Shown in pieces: positions 62,492-64,000 of a DNA stretch of 64,000 nucleotides (positions are counted from its first letter, which is position 1; the number at the start of each line of letters is the position of its first letter). The position numbers were made by a program, and so were the translations under genes. The notes under the pieces were generated by a model. It was not told the origin of the DNA. It did not search any database and saw only the letters and a list, made by a program, of their open reading frames with translations. Source of the stretch: a virus (Duplodnaviria; Caudoviricetes); the IMG/VR virus record IMGVR_UViG_3300016667_000797, positions 1-64,000 of that record. One strand, given 5' to 3'.

Positions 62492-64000
62492 ATGTCGCTT
62501 TACGGCTCCAGTAGCCCCTTTTTCAACCGTGGCGCCGCTTCGGCCTCAAGCGATGTCGGTTTCGCCGATCCGTTCAATGACATCGCCACAACCCAGATGC
62601 CCACCACGATGCGTTCGGCGTTGTGGTGGTCTGAGTATATCTGGATGGTGCAAGGCACCTACCGGATGGCGATGGAACGTATCGTCAGTTACTTCCTCAC
62701 CGACATCGAGCTGGGCGGCGACACCAGCGATGACGAGAAGAAAAAGTACAAGGATTACCTCGACAACCAGCTGCACGCCACCAGCTTTCTAGGCCTGTTG
62801 CTGCGCGACCGCATGTGTTTTCACGGCGACGTGAAGACCACCACAAGGAACGGGGTGTTCAAACTTCGTGACCTGGTTGGGCAGACTGTCGATGTCCTGT
62901 CTCGCGACGGCGTGTATCGTCCCGCGACGTTCAAATCTTTTGGCCGCCAGGAGCTGCTGGAAGTTGAATTTTCGGACGGCCGCACCGTACTGGCCACGCC
63001 AGATCACGAGTGGGTTGTGTTGAACTGCTCCAACAAGGAAGTCGTTGTGCCGACCAGCGAGTTGCGCACCGGCTACAAGATTCGCAGGACCGTGGCACCG
63101 CGTCCGGAACGCAACGAAGATTACTTCGAAGGTATTCGACACGGTTTCACGTTCGGCGACGGTTACCTGCATGAACGCGTGCCATCCCGGCCTGGCGGTG
63201 CGGAGCGCCCGGCTGTTGCCTGTGCCTGCTTCTTCGGAGACAAGGACGCTGAAATGCTGTCCTACTTTGAAGGGCACGGTTACAGGCCGTATAAGAAGGC
63301 AGAACAGAACTGTACGGTCATTGACGGCCTGCCTGCCCACTACAAGCAGCTGCCGGACAATGCTGCCAGTGCAAGCTACTGGTATGGCTTCGTGTGCGGC
63401 TTCCTGGCTGCGGACGGCACTGTGGATACCTATGGCTGCTCTGTGCTGACACAGATCTCCAAGGCGACGCTGGAGGCCGTTGAAGCGCAGTTGCCGCGTA
63501 TTGGCATGTGCGCTGGTCCGATTCGAGCACAACAGCGAATCACGGACCTAAGCAAGTACAACAAAAATTACCGGTCAAATTCCGGAATTTACGACACCAC
63601 AATCCACTACATGACACTGCTGAAGCAGTTCATGCAGCCGGAAGACATTCTCCTGAGCAAGCACCGGGAGAAGTTTGAAGAGAACTGGAACCCGGACAGC
63701 AAGTACGGGCAGTATGTCGGGATTCGCGGCGTAACCGAAACCGGAATCGTCGACGAAGTCTTCTGCTGTCAGGAAATGGAGACGCACACATTCGTTGTGG
63801 ATCAGGCGATCCTGACGAAAAACTGCTACGGTAACGGCTTTGCCAGCGTGATGGTACCGTTCCGGCGCTATTTGCAATGCCCCAAGACCGGCGCCATGTA
63901 TCCGCTCAAGGTCGTCTACCACAACTTCAACTTTGAGTTCAACTCGGAGTTCGAGTTTGTGGCCACCTGCCCCCAGACCGGCTGGCGTGGTCCTTGGCAG
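62492..64000 (+). CDS. portal protein (5' part, runs off the window), intein-containing
   Basis: Manual translation is open from the ATG at 62492 (GGAGGA SD) to the window end; the spliced junction LLRDRM|CYGNGFASV matches the portal D...yGNaf motif. Confidence 0.75.
   Translation, partial: MSLYGSSSPFFNRGAASASSDVGFADPFNDIATTQMPTTMRSALWWSEYIWMVQGTYRMAMERIVSYFLTDIELGGDTSDDEKKKYKDYLDNQLHATSFLGLLLRDRMCFHGDVKTTTRNGVFKLRDLVGQTVDVLSRDGVYRPATFKSFGRQELLEVEFSDGRTVLATPDHEWVVLNCSNKEVVVPTSELRTGYKIRRTVAPRPERNEDYFEGIRHGFTFGDGYLHERVPSRPGGAERPAVACACFFGDKDAEMLSYFEGHGYRPYKKAEQNCTVIDGLPAHYKQLPDNAASASYWYGFVCGFLAADGTVDTYGCSVLTQISKATLEAVEAQLPRIGMCAGPIRAQQRITDLSKYNKNYRSNSGIYDTTIHYMTLLKQFMQPEDILLSKHREKFEENWNPDSKYGQYVGIRGVTETGIVDEVFCCQEMETHTFVVDQAILTKNCYGNGFASVMVPFRRYLQCPKTGAMYPLKVVYHNFNFEFNSEFEFVATCPQTGWRGPWQ
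62816..63823 (+). mobile_element. intein with LAGLIDADG homing endonuclease (336 aa)
   Basis: Starts CFHGD, block B ATPDHEW, LAGLIDADG-like GFTFGDG and GFLAADG, block F VFCCQE..THTFVV, ends TKN followed by a +1 Cys. Confidence 0.9.

Noticed and set aside
62433-63922. ORF-track calls 62433..62792, 62789..63532 and 63575..63922
   Set aside because: The true reading frame starts at 62492 and stays open to the window end (portal plus intein).
1-64000. tRNA genes, integrase, stop-codon recoding
   Set aside because: No cloverleaf with T-loop/CCA or recombinase motif was seen by eye, and core genes are intact under the standard code; a tRNAscan run would be needed to exclude tRNAs fully.

Overview
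This window is a 64-kb segment of a large tailed dsDNA phage genome (jumbo-phage-like), read with the standard genetic code. No integrase, rRNA, tRNA or canonical CRISPR-cas locus was recognised. The host may be a planctomycete; this is weak inference from one protein family. Layout: (i) 0-7.1 kb, small accessory + strand genes with shared junction repeats; (ii) 7.2-12.6 kb, an unknown minus-strand gene, a primase-Zn-finger protein and a GpA-type terminase large subunit; (iii) 12.6-30 kb, accessory, metabolic and transcription genes (RNase H, 2OG-Fe(II) oxygenase, dCTP deaminase, sigma70-like factor, two RNAP alpha-CTD mimics), plus a pair of inverted triple-hairpin elements at 27.0-27.55 kb; (iv) 30.1-33.7 kb, the main finding: a stand-alone RAMP/Cas7-like gene followed by a 13-unit non-coding array and an accessory gene. 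The array units are runs of GGY-NN pentamers separated by GNRA-tetraloop hairpins, which matches my recollection of the architecture reported as VIPR. Two paralogous structured-RNA candidates follow; (v) 34-58 kb, replication and recombination genes (SbcD/SbcC, SF2 helicase, DnaB, primase, UDG-PolA fusion, dTMP kinase, putative SSB, RecA, DnaQ-like exonuclease, resolvase). This cluster also carries an IS110-C-terminal-like protein next to a second, array-less RAMP-like protein; (vi) 62.5 kb to the end, a portal gene interrupted by a LAGLIDADG intein. All family assignments are from motifs recognised by eye; no database search was run.
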